Shown in pieces: positions 63,159 to 64,000 of a DNA stretch of 64,000 nucleotides (its first letter is position 1; each line of letters starts with the position of its first letter). Location of the stretch: assembly GCA_000165345.1 (NCBI GenBank), contig CM000433.1:960001-1024000 (forward strand). Reading direction: 5' to 3'. The notes below the pieces were generated by a model. That model saw only the letters and a list, made by a program, of their open reading frames with translations. It was not told the DNA's origin and ran no database searches. The position numbers and the translations under genes were made by a program.

Positions 63159-64000
63159 AGAAACGTTATCGGAAAATTAAAAAATTTTCATTTTATTAAT
63201 TATTATATTAAAAAAAAAATTTGTAATAACTTGAATTCTATTTATAAATTGGTTGGAGTCATTAGTAATGAATGGAAATCAAAAATTAACAAAATATTAG
63301 ATTATATTGAATTTATTGATTTATCTAATTTAAAGGAATCTTCGGATTCAGAATCAATCAAATTTAATATTAATGATTTAATACTAGAATTGTATTTTGA
63401 TTATTATATTTCTAATCTGGATTGTGAAATTTTACAAATTATTAATAAGAAAGTTATCAATTATTCTATTAATTTATATTCCACTAAGAATATATATGGA
63501 TTATTGATCAATTTTATTTTAAAGGGAATACATGAAAAAAATAATAATTCAAATATGGAACTTATTTTGAATTGGAATCATATTAATAACTCGATTAAAG
63601 GATATATTAATCAATTAAAAAATGACCTGTTAATAAATATTTGGATTAATTATGATTTTATACAAATGTTTATGATACCTAGTAGCTTCTCATGCAGATT
63701 TATATATATGAGAATACATTTTTGGATTAATATTCTAAGTATTCCACTTTCAAAAATGTTAATTAATTCTAATGAAGATTTTAATAATGTAAGAATTACA
63801 CTTGAATATCCAATGAAGTATTTTAAGAAGTTACTGATAATCAAAGATTTTAATATATTTAAAGAAAATATTATAAATTTCTCAATAAACTTTATTATTG
63901 ATTCTGTAAGATTAATTCAATTATCTTACTTTAAAATTATTTTAAAAATGTTTATTTCTAAAATTCAAAAAAATAATACTTTACATAATTTAGAGTTTGA
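63159..64000 (+). CDS. Open reading frame with no stop from the N gap to the window edge (280 or more codons); likely a continuation of the 59827 gene or a 5'-partial gene
   Basis: My own translation of the frame beginning at 63159 (RNVIGKLKNFHF...) runs stop-free to position 64000. It is absent from the ORF track only because it has no bounded start and stop. Composition matches the upstream protein. Confidence 0.45.

Noticed and set aside
1-64000. Search for tRNA, rRNA, CRISPR arrays, transposon ends or prokaryotic defence operons
   Set aside because: No cloverleaf-like GC-rich 70-90 nt segments with T-loop consensus. No direct-repeat/spacer arrays. No terminal inverted repeats flanking ORFs. 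The gene content and composition are eukaryotic (apicomplexan), so a prokaryotic system is not expected and none is seen.

Overview
The window is a gene-dense, very AT-rich (about 70% or more) eukaryotic nuclear segment. It has the hallmarks of a Cryptosporidium-type apicomplexan genome: roughly one gene per 2.3 kb, long uninterrupted ORFs with no obvious introns, Asn/Lys/Ile/Ser-rich low-complexity inserts in proteins, and short intergenic regions that repeatedly carry E2F-like GGCGGGAA/GGCGCCAAA and AP2-like GCATGCA motifs. Scattered N runs show it is a draft assembly, and two N runs appear to break gene models. I support about 28 protein-coding genes. Confident calls are proteasome beta-5, arginyl-tRNA synthetase, a gamma-proteobacterial-type thymidine kinase (the well-known HGT gene of Cryptosporidium), an ERCC6/CSB/Rad26-type SNF2 ATPase, frataxin, a METTL10/Efm4-type methyltransferase, a Trm11-type tRNA methyltransferase, UTP18, a protein kinase and an S9 serine peptidase. 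More tentative calls are an ApiAP2 factor, a TMEM8/PGAP6-like EGF plus 7TM protein, a large protein with a CDCA7-type zf-4CXXC_R1 zinc finger, an MDP-1-like HAD phosphatase carrying an in-frame minisatellite, a CH-domain protein and an Efg1-like protein. I found no rRNA, tRNA, CRISPR, transposon or prokaryotic operon/defence structure. The interesting biology here is eukaryotic: a horizontally acquired gene, a candidate chromatin reader, the promoter motif grammar, repeat polymorphism and assembly problems. All homology statements come from reading motifs by eye and should be confirmed by BLAST/HMMER.
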